DNA of 64,000 nt. Origin: Octopus bimaculoides. Its lineage: Eukaryota. A program made the position numbers and the translations under genes. The notes beneath the pieces were generated by a model, which was not told the origin of the DNA, did no database searches, and worked only from the letters and a program-made list of their open reading frames with translations. Numbering within the stretch: the stretch's first letter is position 1; each line of letters opens with the position of its first letter. The stretch lies in NCBI RefSeq assembly GCF_001194135.2, contig NC_068984.1, positions 62,166,202 through 62,230,201 of the forward strand, written 5' to 3'. Of this stretch, positions 25,575 to 37,067 are shown piece by piece.

Positions 25575-28500
25575 TCGTTATTATTATTGCCTCTGCACAG
25601 CTTCTAACGCTGGAGATGTGCTACACTATCAGATGTTCACTACCAGTGAACTAAGGTAACACCTCTTATTTTTTGAGCACATTCCGGAGTATTCGAGCGG
25701 TTCCAAGCAGTGTTGTTTCTTGCAAGTGCTCCACCATTATTGCAGCCCCTATTTGTTCCACGTACTTCTCGAGATTTTTGCTCATTGTTCCCAGGGCACC
25801 GACAATTATTGGTACTACTGCTACCTTTTCCATCGTCTGACTTCCTATTCACTATCTCATGGTCGCACTAAATCATAAAATCCCATAGGATCTTTGTATT
25901 TCTATTTTCGACAATGCCTTCAGGTTTGTGGTCGTACCAATGTTTTGCTCTGTCAAGTCCATACTTGTTGCAAAGTGTCCAACGGACAAGCCTAGATATA
26001 TTGTCGTGACGCCTCTTATATTCCTTCTGGCCTAGTGGCATACATTGGCTGGTAATATGCCATACAGTTTCACTGTTTTGTCCACAGATTCTGTACTTAT
26101 CACTTTCTGTTGTGTTGTCTATTCTGCATTTTATATAGTTTGTTCTTAGTGCTTGCTCTTGGGCAACACAGATTAGAGCCTTCGATTCCGGTTTTAAATC
26201 ACTTGTAGTCATCCACAGCGATCTTTTTTCTCTGCCTGTTTTATCTTCAACATCCCTATGAAATTGAGAATGCATTCTTTTCTTTACTCACCTATTTTCA
26301 GTTTCATTAGTTTTTAATTTCTTGCATAGTGCTTTATCTTTGCAATCTTTTATCCTACACCAGCCTGACCTTCTTACTTCTAGCAATAGCGGTTCTGTGA
26401 CATTTTTTACATACCATGCTATATAGTTTTCTTCTGCTCTAATGCTGTGTTCGCATCCAATAAGTCCCCTTCCCCCTCTTTTTCTTGATACATAAGTCTG
26501 TCTGTGTCCCTTTTTGGGTGGAGTGACCCATATCTAGTTAGCAACTTCCTTGTCTTTAAGCTGTTTAGTTCGTCTACTGTCCATGCGATTACTCCTGCTC
26601 TATATCTAAGGAGTGAAACCGCCCAGATGTTGATAGCTTCAATCTTATTCCATCCGTTTCATTTCGACTTAGGTATCAATCTCAGTCTGCACAAGTACTC
26701 CACCTTAAATTTTTCTGTCATTTCTTTCTCCATCAATTTATCCATTTCCAAAATCCCCAAGTACTTATAGCCCGTCTGTTCTATCTTCTTCATAACCTCC
26801 CCGACGGTATCGTTAGACCGTCCATACATTTGATTTTGCCTCTCTTGAATACTAACACCCCACACTTTCTCAGTCCGAACTCCATTCTGATATCAGCATC
26901 CCAAATAGGTTCATACACTCCATAATCCAAGAATGTGGGATCATATCGTGCGCCTTACGATAGTCGATCCATGACATGGCTAATTTAATGTTCCCCCTCT
27001 TGCAGTCTCTGAGTACAGTTTTTTCTATCAGGAGTTGATCCTTGGTACCTCTGCACTTACGCTTGCAACCCTTCTGCTCATGTGGCAGGACTCCATCTTT
27101 TTCTAGATGTTCGTACATTGACTCTGCGAGTATTCCAGTCAATAACTTCCACATAAGTGGCAAACAAGATATCCGCCTGTAATTGTTTACCGTATTACCT
27201 TTTTCCATGTTTTTCTGGCATAGCACTGTCCTACCCAATGTCAACCACTCTGGTGTTGCTTGATCGGCATTTAAGAAGGTGTTGAGCTGCGCAGCTATTC
27301 GTGTATGAATTCACCAAATCTTTTTAACCATCTGGTCCCGGGGCCTTCCAGCTGCTCATTTTTTTGCTGATTTCTTTCACTTCCCTAACTGAAATTACTA
27401 GTTCTGCCTGTTTTGGATAGACTAATGTTTGTTTCAGTTCTTGAAACCATTCAGCATCCTTCCTGTGCTCTTTGTCTTTTCTCCAGATCACATTCCAAAA
27501 CCAATAACATTCAATGTTATCTGGTATCAACGTTTCATCTGTACAGCCTCCAATTTATTTCTTTATAGAATCTTTCCTGATCTACTCTGAATAACCTATT
27601 CTAGTGGCAACCCTTCATTCTTTGGTTGTAACTTACCATCATTGCTTTCTTTGCAACGAGACGCTGTTTCAGTTCCTCCACTACTACTTTCAGGCCCTTT
27701 CTTTCAATATTATACTTCATTTTCAGCGCCCTGTATATTTGTTCGCTTTTAAGCTCCCCTTTCTCTTTTCGGTCTAACACAGATATCTCCTTCTAACTCT
27801 ACTTGGATTATTCTTTTCCACCATGGATCTTTTCTTTTGTCACTCCCATTATGTTTCTTTTTCTTGACATCGATACCTACATTTTCTGCTACAGCAATAC
27901 TTACTGCCTTGATCAAATTATTTGTTTCTATGATGTTGTTTGTTCTGATGTATGTCAGGATTTCATTGACATTTTTCGTTTCTTGGTTCAATTTCCATCG
28001 ATCAACCATTTTAAGGTTGTAAATAATGTCGCTATCGTTCTCCTGTAGTCTTATTTTTATTCTGTTGTAGATTGCCTTTTGTTCATCTGTCATGTCGCCA
28101 TTAGTTTTATTGCCTTCTTTTCGATCATCTATATGTCTTTCATCAAGTAAACTACTACCGCTTCTTTCCTGTTCTATGGGATTAATCTTATTAGTAAGAA
28201 CTGTGTTTTCATTCTTATCTATGCTGTTATTGTCCATGACCCGTCTTTTGATAGCTTCGAGCTCTACTTCTGTGAACCAACATTTTTTCCTTATTGCTCT
28301 AGCTTGATCACATAGTCTCTGTTCCGTGAGTTGAAACAAACCCTTTTCTCTCCAATGATCATATATACGTTATCGGTAACCCCTAATTTGAGCACCATTT
28401 TCATCTACCGATGACCACAGCATTCATTTTTGTTTGCTCCATCAACGCCATGTGTGGTGGTCCGTTTCTGGATATCGACAAGCTGGAGCCAGACCAGAAT

Positions 28501-28670
28501 CTCTGAGCCTACCGGGTGTCACACTGTCACCGTCATTGGCTTCAGTTTCGTTACCACTGGTATTCGCAATATTTTGTTTTTTCGGTGTCACTCATATGAG
28601 GTAGCGATTATCAGGTTACGCAATTACCAGTGTTTTTATTGTGACACCATCACTAGATGTATTATTATTA
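25575..28670 (-). mobile_element. R4/Dong-like RLE LINE, spanning N-terminus to 3' UTR with internal deletions (copy A)
   Basis: N-terminal IYDHWREKGLFQLTEQRLCDQARAI; KAPGPDG; [16 protein letters not shown]; [13 protein letters not shown]; [15 protein letters not shown]; YKYLG; LYVSRKRGGRGL; AQEQALRT; RICGQNSETVWHITSQC; RRHDNI; ILWDF; LLGTARIL. (AAT)n at both ends. Confidence 0.95.
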
Positions 28671-29000
28671 GCCTATAAGGATACTCCACCCTTTTCCTTT
28701 CATTATTGTCATTATTATTATCATCACTGATATCACTTGTATCACAGTTTTTATGTGTGGTAGTAGCAGTGGTTGCAGTAACAGCCACAGTAGCAACAGT
28801 ATATATATATATATATCACATGATCACGTGACATACCATTTTGCTGCCCTATGATTAATAATGATATATTTTTGGCTAATTTCTGAAAGAAAATCGGCAT
28901 TTGTTTTACATTTACTGCCGAGTAGTTAATGCGCACATGCGTGGTTAATTTTTGGGAAATTAAGCTTGTAAACTCGAGTCAGGTTCTTTCCTTGGCTCGT

Positions 29001-29098
29001 GTTTACACGCTAATCCGGATCTCTGCTGATGAAAGCCCCGGAGTTAGATATAATTTTATCTAGCTAAATAGCTTGAAACCATGGTACAGAGTGTAGAC
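29001..29098 (+). ncRNA. Type I hammerhead ribozyme (predicted cleavage after 29086)
   Basis: CUCUG(29021-25) CUGAUGA(29026-32) AAGC(29033-36)...GCUU(29071-74) GAAAC CAUG GUA(29084-86) CAGAG(29087-91). Stem I 5 bp plus distal GUUUACA/UGUAGAC; stem II 4 bp with inner hairpin; stem III palindrome ACCAUGGU. Confidence 0.85.
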
Positions 29099-29341
29099 TG
29101 GTAAAAATGTTTTTATTNNNNNNNNNNNNNNNNNNNNNNNNNNNNNNNNNNNNNNNNNNNNNNNNNNNNNNNNNNNNNNNNNNNNNNNNNNNNNNNNNNN
29201 NNNNNNNNNNNNNNNNNNNNNNNNNNNNNNNNNNNNNNNNNNNNNNNNNNNNNNNNNNNNNNNNNNNNNNNNNNNNNNNNNNNNNGTAGCAGTGGTTGCA
29301 GTAACAGCCACAGTAGCAACAGTATATATATATATATACAA

Positions 29342-29980
29342 TGTTATATTTCTATATCAGCTTAAAGCTTATGGCGATCACCATGCAATGACTAAGGAAA
29401 ATAGTCTAATAAAGGTGTATATCGCCCTCGACAGTATAAAGAAAGCTTTCCTATCCGCGTGGAAGTCGAACCCTTTACACCAGCGAATCAACATCCCCTT
29501 TCCTGTCAAATTTAAGAACTATAATAGTTCATGTTTGTTTGTTTTTTTATATGTAAACAAGATTTCTATATGCTTTAGCTGCGAATGTTTTTTTTTAATA
29601 TAAGGGGCCGTTTTTACAATCCTGTAAATGTTACTAATGGTATTTTTATATAAGCTTAAAGGTTATGGTGATCACCAATGTAATGATTAAGGGAAATAGC
29701 CTAATAAAGGGGCATATAAGTACTCGACAGAAAAAAGAGGGCTTTCTTCCCCGCGTGGGAGTCAAACCCACATCTCTTTGTTAACACGACTAAGTGTGTT
29801 ACCTTTACACCATCGAATCAGCCTCCCCTTTCCTGTCAAATTTAAGAATTATTATAGTTCGTGTTTTTTTTTATAAGTAAACAAACTTTCTATATGCTTT
29901 CGGTGCGAATGCTTTTTTTTTTATACGGCGCCCATTTTACAATACTGTAAATAATAATAATGGTATTTTTATATAAGCAG
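29342..29980. repeat. Tandem repeat, 2 units (~294 and ~323 bp) plus start of a third, each with a tRNA-like cassette
   Basis: TATAT.AGCTTAAAG.TTATGG.GATCACCA...CCTTTACACCA.CGAATCA.C..CCCCTTTCCTGTCAAATTTAAGAA..AT.ATAGTTC repeats at ~29350 and ~29646. ATGGTATTTTTATATAAGC recurs at ~29960. Confidence 0.92.
29748..29820 (-). pseudogene. tRNA-like sequence (pseudo-tRNA or SINE head) with Pol III A and B boxes
   Basis: Minus strand GATTCGA TG GTGT AAAGGTA ACAC ... GTGGG TTTGACT CCCAC GCGGGGA. D-arm and T-arm pair perfectly; acceptor and anticodon stems are degenerate, so no isotype is assigned. Confidence 0.7.
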
Positions 29981-30011
29981 GAAAGTGGAGGCTGATTTTG
30001 ACATATCAATA

Positions 30012-30240
30012 AATGCAACAATACTGGGCTCCGTAAATTAATTTGGTCTTTGAAGGAATGTAATATATAGTCTGATTTGGAATGGGATATTCTATCTAGG
30101 TCCTTCCCATATGATAAAGGTAAATGTTTTGTCCGCTCTATAACTAAGAACTCTCTTTCATCCTGTTCTCAGAGAATTGTCTTGTAAACATGTTTAAGGA
30201 ACGCATTTATCGTTGCAAACATTGGCAAAACATACCTTTA
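30012..30240 (+). mobile_element. Naiad-type Penelope-like element, GIY-YIG C-terminal remnant
   Basis: NKCNNTGLRKLIWSLKECNI*SDLEWDILSRSFPYDKGK, then (frameshift) CPLYN*ELSFILFSENCLVNMFKERIYRCKHW. Matches the T.LS..IW.LK...I.W.IL....Y....C.LC..E..I....LLN.R.E...CRH tail. Confidence 0.75.
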
Positions 30241-30550
30241 GTTTCTATAAATAATTTCTACAAATCGATAAAGTTCGACCTTTAAATGTTTTCTTACATT
30301 TCGTTCCCACTAAATATAACTATTTCCACGCCTTTAAGCTTTATTCCCATTCATCTATGACACTACATTTCTCCACTCTTCGTTTTCTGCTAATTTCTTT
30401 TTTTCTCCTACTTCCCTTTTTCTAAATTGCATTTGACATAAAATCTATTTACTTTTGCTTATTAAAAATAATAGCTAGCGTTCTCTTCATCATATACGCA
30501 GTTATCACATTCGATTAAAATGGCTTACTGATAGGTTTGCTGTCTCTTTT

Positions 30551-30644
30551 TTTCCCCTGAAGAGCAGATCGCATTGTTTTACATCATTTTATTCCCTCTG
30601 GAATAATACCGATGTTTTCTTCGAAACATATGTGAGAGGAATAA
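30551..30644 (+). ncRNA. Degenerate (probably inactive) hammerhead ribozyme relic
   Basis: CUGAAGA(30557-63) GCAGA...UCUUC GAAAC AUAU GUG; stem III palindrome ACAUAUGU. The cleavage triplet is GUG (non-cleavable) and stem I does not form in register. Confidence 0.45.
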
Positions 30645-30719
30645 AGATTTTAAATAACACCTGCGTTTAACTCCATTTCTTTATCTCTGTCTGTCTCTGT
30701 CTGTTTGTCTGTCTATCTG

Positions 30720-30773
<54 letters not shown>

Positions 30774-31668
30774 NNNNNNNNNNNNNNNNNNNNNNNNNNN
30801 NNNNNNNNNNNNNNNNNNNNNNNNNNNNNNNNNNNNNNNNNNNNNNNNNNNNNNNNNNNNNNNNNNNNNNNNNNNNNNNNNNNNNNNNNNNNNNNNNNNN
30901 NNNNNNNNNNNNNNNNNNNNNNNNNNNNNNNNNNNNNNNNNNNNNNNNNNNNNNNNNNNNNNNNNNNNNNNNNNNNNNNNNNNNNNNNNNNNNNNNNNNN
31001 NNNNNNNNNNNNNNNNNNNNNNNNNNNNNNNNNNNNNNNNNNNNNNNNNNNNNNNNNNNNNNNNNNNNNNNNNNNNNNNNNNNNNNNNNNNNNNNNNNNN
31101 NNNNNNNNNNNNNNNNNNNNNNNNNNNNNNNNNNNNNNNNNNNNNNNNNNNNNNNNNNNNNNNNNNNNNNNNNNNNNNNNNNNNNNNNNNNNNNNNNNNN
31201 NNNNNNNNNNNNNNNNNNNNNNNNNNNNNNNNNNNNNNNNNNNNNNNNNNNNNNNNNNNNNNNNNNNNNNNNNNNNNNNNNNNNNNNNNNNNNNNNNNNN
31301 NNNNNNNNNNNNNNNNNNNNNNNNNNNNNNNNNNNNNNNNNNNNNNNNNNNNNNNNNNNNNNNNNNNNNNNNNNNNNNNNNNNNNNNNNNNNNNNNNNNN
31401 NNNNNNNNNNNNNNNNNNNNNNNNNNNNNNNNNNNNNNNNNNNNNNNNNNNNNNNNNNNNNNNNNNNNNNNNNNNNNNNNNNNNNNNNNNNNNNNNNNNN
31501 NNNNNNNNNNNNNNNNNNNNNNNNNNNNNNNNNNNNNNNNNNNNNNNNNNNNNNNNNNNNNNNNNNNNNNNNNNNNNNNNNNNNNNNNNNNNNNNNNNNN
31601 NNNNNNNNNNNNNNNNNNNNNNNNNNNNNNNNNNNNNNNNNNNNNNNNNNNNNNNNNNNNNNNNNNNN

Positions 31669-31720
<52 letters not shown>

Positions 31721-32552
31721 GGGGAAAGCGAGAGCCCTATATTCAAATAAGTTATATGCAGATAGATGAATAGCTAGATAGCTACGAAGACTGATAGGAC
31801 AAGTAACTTGTTATATTCATAAGTACATTTATTTAATAACACCTACCTTTTTATGCTTATCTACGGTGGGAAATTATTCTGCTCAAATGGACACTAATAT
31901 TTGTAGACAGGTTCCGCTTAGAAATTCGTGATGTTTTGTTACAACGCTTGAGGACTTTTGCCATTTGAAGTTTCTACCTACTACTCAATCTTTAAATAAT
32001 GTATTGTAGCAATTGCAATGCATATAAGTATATTCTATTTGCAATCAAATGCATTCATCGCTTCACATGTCTGTACCGTAACATTTACAATGTTTATACA
32101 AATGTAACAAATCGAATTCGGTTATGGTGCATTCAAAGAGTTTGACACTAGCTTTGTTTCCTTTTGTGAGGCAAAGATAACATTCCGATTATTTGCGACG
32201 TTGCCTATCTTATTTTTTAAATATAATTTGAGATATGTTTTAGGTCCATTGAACAACATAAATAACACCGAGCAAACTTGTATTTATTCCTTAATGATAA
32301 ATGCAAATACAAGTCATCATATTATTTCCAAATCGGAAATAGATTACTTCAAGTTTTTTCTCCCTATTTCCGCCATTTTGCCTTAGATTTTCTCCTAAAA
32401 TAAATAATTCAACATTCGTCACACTGCTTATATCAAAATTTGTTTCTCGGGGTTTGTTCTATTATAATCCGTATCTTCTGCTCCACCTCTTTCCTTTTTT
32501 TACTCTCCCATTCTCTCACGTTCCCATTCTCTCTCTCTTTTCTCTCTCTCCT

Positions 32553-32604
<52 letters not shown>

Positions 32605-33339
32605 CTACACACACATACACACACATCACTGAGTTTGAAGATCTTTTACATTTCCCCTTGTATAAATACAGAGATCTCAAATAAAGCAGTGTGAATAATA
32701 TCAAACAAAATTGTGTAGCTCTAAATATTGCACGTAGCGATTCGTTTTCAGTAACGTAAAAAGAACATTACTAGTTTATGAATATATGTATGTATGTATG
32801 TATGTATGTACGTGTGTGTGTGCCTGTTTATATATGAGTGTGTGTATGTGTGTGTGAGCGTATGTGTGTGGGCATGTGCATTTACGTACGTATAAATATG
32901 CGAAAACTACGTTGGACGTTTTAATCTCTATATATTAATGTGAGATATATGTATGTCAGTTGATTGGTTGCTTCTTTGTTTAATTTCTCCAGTTACGTTT
33001 CACATTCTAGAGTCAGAGAGGGAGAAAGAGAGACTAAAATAGAGATACAAAGACAGAAAGAGAGAGATAGAGAGTGCGAATTTTCATGTATATGTATGCT
33101 CATTCCATAACATACAACTAAGTAATTTCCTTTTATGCCTTGCCTATTATTTTATTAAATTTTATTTCAAGGTCATAAATACTTTTCTTTCAAAAATTAG
33201 TATTCATCAAATTCTTCATTTTTATTTTTAGAAGCATTAAGAAATTTGATAAAAATTATAATTTTACTAAAATATAGCGTATTTCCTGATATTACTTATG
33301 ATGGCAAATGTATACGTGTAAAGTTATATACATATGACG

Positions 33340-34225
33340 GGAAACACTCTAATCAACATGTTTAAGAAACGTTTATTTTATCGACAGAACTGTTAAAAAG
33401 GCACAAAATAGACTAAAGTAGAAAGGCAAAGTTGCCCACAGCAGGATTTAAACTCAGAACGTAAAGAAGAACGAAACAAACACTACGAAGCGTTTTGACA
33501 GGCGTGCTAACGATTTCCCCAGCTCGCCGCCTAAATATTCAATTAAAAATATTTGTTCCAAATTTTGGCTCAAGGCCAGCAACTTCGAAGGAATCGGAAA
33601 GTCGATTACATTGACCCCCAGTACTCAACTGATACTTATTTCATCAACCTCCAGAAGCCCGGCGTGCTTACGATTCTGCCAACTCGCCGACTAAAACTTC
33701 AACTGAAAATATAAAAAAGTTGATAAGAATTGCTAAAGGCATTTTCCGATACTGTAACGATTCTGAAAGGTACAGCGGTATTATTTCTAATATGGACAGA
33801 ACGACTGAATTTTTAGAAGAATGAGGTTAGGGGAATATATGGACCTTCATGCATGACTGGTAGTTTAAAGTGTCACCCTTGGATGGATAACCAGTCGACC
33901 TCGGTTGCCGAGTGAGGTTTGAACTGAGAATGTAAACAACTGTAATGAAATACAGCAATACATGCTGTCCACCACTCTGGTGACAACTCTGGCCCAATCA
34001 AGCATCCTATGTTATATGCAATACTTTATAATTTTGGCACAAGGCCAGAAATTTTAACGGTAGGAGTTAGTTGATTACCGCGATCCAAGTTCTCAAATTG
34101 TACTTAATTTATGGAGCCTATAAACGAAACTTGAACCCCAGTGAAATTTATATTAAAACGTAAAGATGCACGAGACGCTCATAAGCATTTTGTCTGGTTT
34201 GCCAGATTCTACCAGATCACTGCTT
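33340..34225 (-). mobile_element. Cluster of four co-oriented tRNA-derived SINE copies (~33340-33535, 33550-33700, 33820-33995, 34030-34225)
   Basis: Each aligns, as reverse complement, with parts of 62184-62410 (GGCGGCGAGCTGG..AA.CGTTAGCACGCC, ACGTTCTGAGTT.AAAT, GGCCTTGTGCCAAAAT). Confidence 0.8.
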
Positions 34226-34879
34226 TCTCATTTTTTTTTTTGTCTATAATGATAATATTTTTATTACATATATAGTTCAGTCAGATTACATATCGCTTAT
34301 TTTGATTTCTAAAACTATATTTCTCTTGTAAATTGTTACAGAATATGCATATTATTAATCTGTTACGTACATTGTATGTACATGACACTTTGTGAAACAT
34401 GAACATATATATGAGGTTTTATACCGTCAGCATTTATATTATTAGTAATATAATAGAATGACCGAGTATGGAACAAATTCTAAGAAATGATTTATTAAAG
34501 ATTGCATTTGTATTACTTTGATAAATACATCTTAGTGGACTTCTACGGTTACTTCTTTGCTCAGGTAGAGTACTACCTCAAAGTTAAATATACACACTGT
34601 TCTTTCATATCGAAATACTGATATAGTACAACGAATTAAGAATTGTTTAAGTTGTATTAATATTGACGTACATTTGGAGACAAAAGTTCTAGACAGTTTT
34701 CAGCTCGATTTCATTCAGTGCTTTCTATGCGTTTACTAATATTTTGTGAGGTAGAGAATGTAAGATATCTAAAACAGGTAATATAAATTACCAAGATATT
34801 ATCTACTGAGACTGTACCAATAAAAATATTATAGACTTCAGAACATCTCAAAAATCAAACGCATCAAACGATACAATTT

Positions 34880-34933
34880 ATGCACCTACCTACCTACCTA
34901 ACTAACTATCTAACTAACTAACTAACTACCTAC

Positions 34934-34975
<42 letters not shown>

Positions 34976-35095
34976 TACTTACTTACTTACTTACTAACTA
35001 ACTAACTGACTAATTCATGCATACATACATACATACATACATACATACATACCTTCCTATCTAAATACGTACATACATACACACATACCTACCTA
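34880..35095. repeat. Compound tetranucleotide microsatellite (CCTA)/(CTAA)/(CTTA)/(CATA)
   Basis: Directly visible. Confidence 0.95.
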
Positions 35096-35289
35096 CATAT
35101 CTATTCACCAACAAACATAGATGGAGATGAAAAAGAGCATTACAAGAGTTATGCTATGGAAATCAGGAAACCGGTCCTATTAGTCTATATTACCCGGGAA
35201 GGAACTTTAGTCTTCGCTGTATGTGCATATGTATATACTTAGATGATTAGTCAAGTAGTAACCTGGGCCATGTCCAACTTAGTAGCACC

Positions 35290-36850
35290 ATCTGGAAAAT
35301 ATATTTTCTCTTACGTTTTTCGGCATTATTTTAAAGTGACAAGGGCCTGTTGATGTGAACGGGTTCTCTGTCTTAGTGTTTTTATGTGACATCAGTATGA
35401 TTTCTGTTGAGGAAGGGTGGTATGGAACCAAGCGTTAGATGAATTCTAAAGCTGAGGCCACATGAATTGGAATACTTTTCACATTATACAAATGATATAG
35501 TGCTCACGGAAGATTTGGAGGGAATAACGTTTGAGTCTTTCGAGACGATCCCAATAATGAGGATCTGTCACGTAGTCTGTTTCCTTGTGATCACGTTTGT
35601 GTTGCTTCAGTTTTATCATATTTTGTTACGTGAAGGGAGACCAGAGCGGACGACGGTATTCAAGGCGAAGACGGGCAAAGATGGAGAAGAAAATTATAAT
35701 GATAGGAGCGTCTCTAGACCGAAAACTCCTGAGGGTCCAGGAGCACGCCCTGCGCACCATGTCGATTTTGTTGCTTATGTGGATACTCCGTCACTTTTGG
35801 TTACCGGAATCTCAAACTACAGAGAATCATATTTTGGTCGGAAAGGGGAGTTATCTTTTCTACAGTTGGGACAGGAAACATCCGTTCATGAATTAAAGAA
35901 AGTGATTCCTCTACAACTTTCTCTGGGGTTGAAAAGCACACAAATATCATGAAGTTATGAGTATACTATTCATGCAGGTGAAATTAAAGTTACCCATTAA
36001 TTAAACATTATCAAATTTGCACTGTTGAATTAAAGAGTTAATATTCGTGAGGCATTCCTTGAAACACAGTGCTGGCCTGTAGATCCCAATTATTGAAAAA
36101 TCATAAGTTTTGTTATACACAAACACTGATTCACAATAGCCGTTGGAGGATGAGACAAGTGTATCTACCGTAAATGTGTCGTGTAGGAAAATAGCGGTTG
36201 CTCGCTTTCTTCTAGCAGTGAGGTCTGCGTGAATGATGGTTTAATTCCTCGCCTTTATTTAAGATTTCTAGTGAGAGTTAACGTGAGTCTTAGTAAGGTT
36301 GAAGAAAGGAACGTGGTGAGGGTTGTCGACAACCCAATCTTGAATGAACTGAATATTCCATCCTTTTGAATTATAGGAAGGCCTGATGCCTTGTGCCTTC
36401 AACAAAAGTGCTGAGACTGGAGTAGTACTCCAAAGAGAATTATGGCTTATTGACAGCGAAGAAGGTAGTTTCTGCACAAGGATTAAAACAGGGGTTTGTA
36501 CTGTGTGATAGCCAACGTGCTTTTCTTCCTCCCCTTTGCCATGGATAAAAAAGACTTTACCTGGTTAATGAGAATGTGGCGATTGAAATTACACTGACGG
36601 TATTGTTGGTTGTTTCATTTGTTCGTGCTGCTACTGAATTTCTACACTTTCCCGAGTCAGTGGAAAGATTCGTGCCGGAGTTGCTGATTTTGTTTATATT
36701 TTTGTTATAACTTGGTGCCTGAGATAAGAGAAAAATACATGCCACGGCTGTTTTGATGCGGTGTCTTTTTTTATAGAGATTTGGGGAATGGCTGGATGTT
36801 TTTATTTTGATTGTGAGTCGGTTTGCGGGGAGATGCGTGAGCACATAATC
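35290..36850 (-). mobile_element. CR1/L2-group LINE remnant with large internal deletion (APE endonuclease start joined to RT C-terminal tail)
   Basis: Minus strand: LLLKAQGIRPS..WNIQFIQD...FFNLTKTH..HADLTARRKRATAIFL..SNGYCESV..IIGIYRP (APE). Then WTLRSFRSRD...FARLRLEYRRPLWSPF...YWDRLERLKRYSLQ..REHYII (CR1 RT thumb/C-terminus). The plus-strand ORF 35467-35952 is antisense to this. The 5' boundary is approximate. Confidence 0.85.
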
Positions 36851-36965
36851 TTGCTGTAGACATAATCACGTATGCAAGTACGAATGTGTGTATTCTTCGT
36901 TCTTTTGTATATGTGTGTTTATTTTTTTGTTTTAATAAACGTGATATTTCTACGGAAATTTCTAT

Positions 36966-37067
36966 CAAATTTTAATTTTAGCAGCTATTCTATTTATATC
37001 AAATTTTAATTTTAGCAGCTATTCTATTTATACCAAATTTTAATTTTAGCAGCTATTCTACTTATAT
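36966..37067. repeat. Minisatellite, 3 x 34 bp
   Basis: CAAATTTTAATTTTAGCAGCTATTCTATTTATAT three times with single substitutions. Confidence 0.97.

Noticed and set aside
26504-28678. Several plus-strand ORFs (26504, 27803, 27837, 28092, 28430)
   Set aside because: Antisense shadows of the minus-strand R4/Dong ORF.
30240-30550. Possible SECIS element in the Naiad 3' region
   Set aside because: No AUGA/GA quartet with correctly spaced AA loop could be fitted, and the visible in-frame stops are TAG/TAA rather than TGA.
35467-35952. 161-aa plus-strand ORF
   Set aside because: Antisense to the CR1-type RT C-terminus read on the minus strand.
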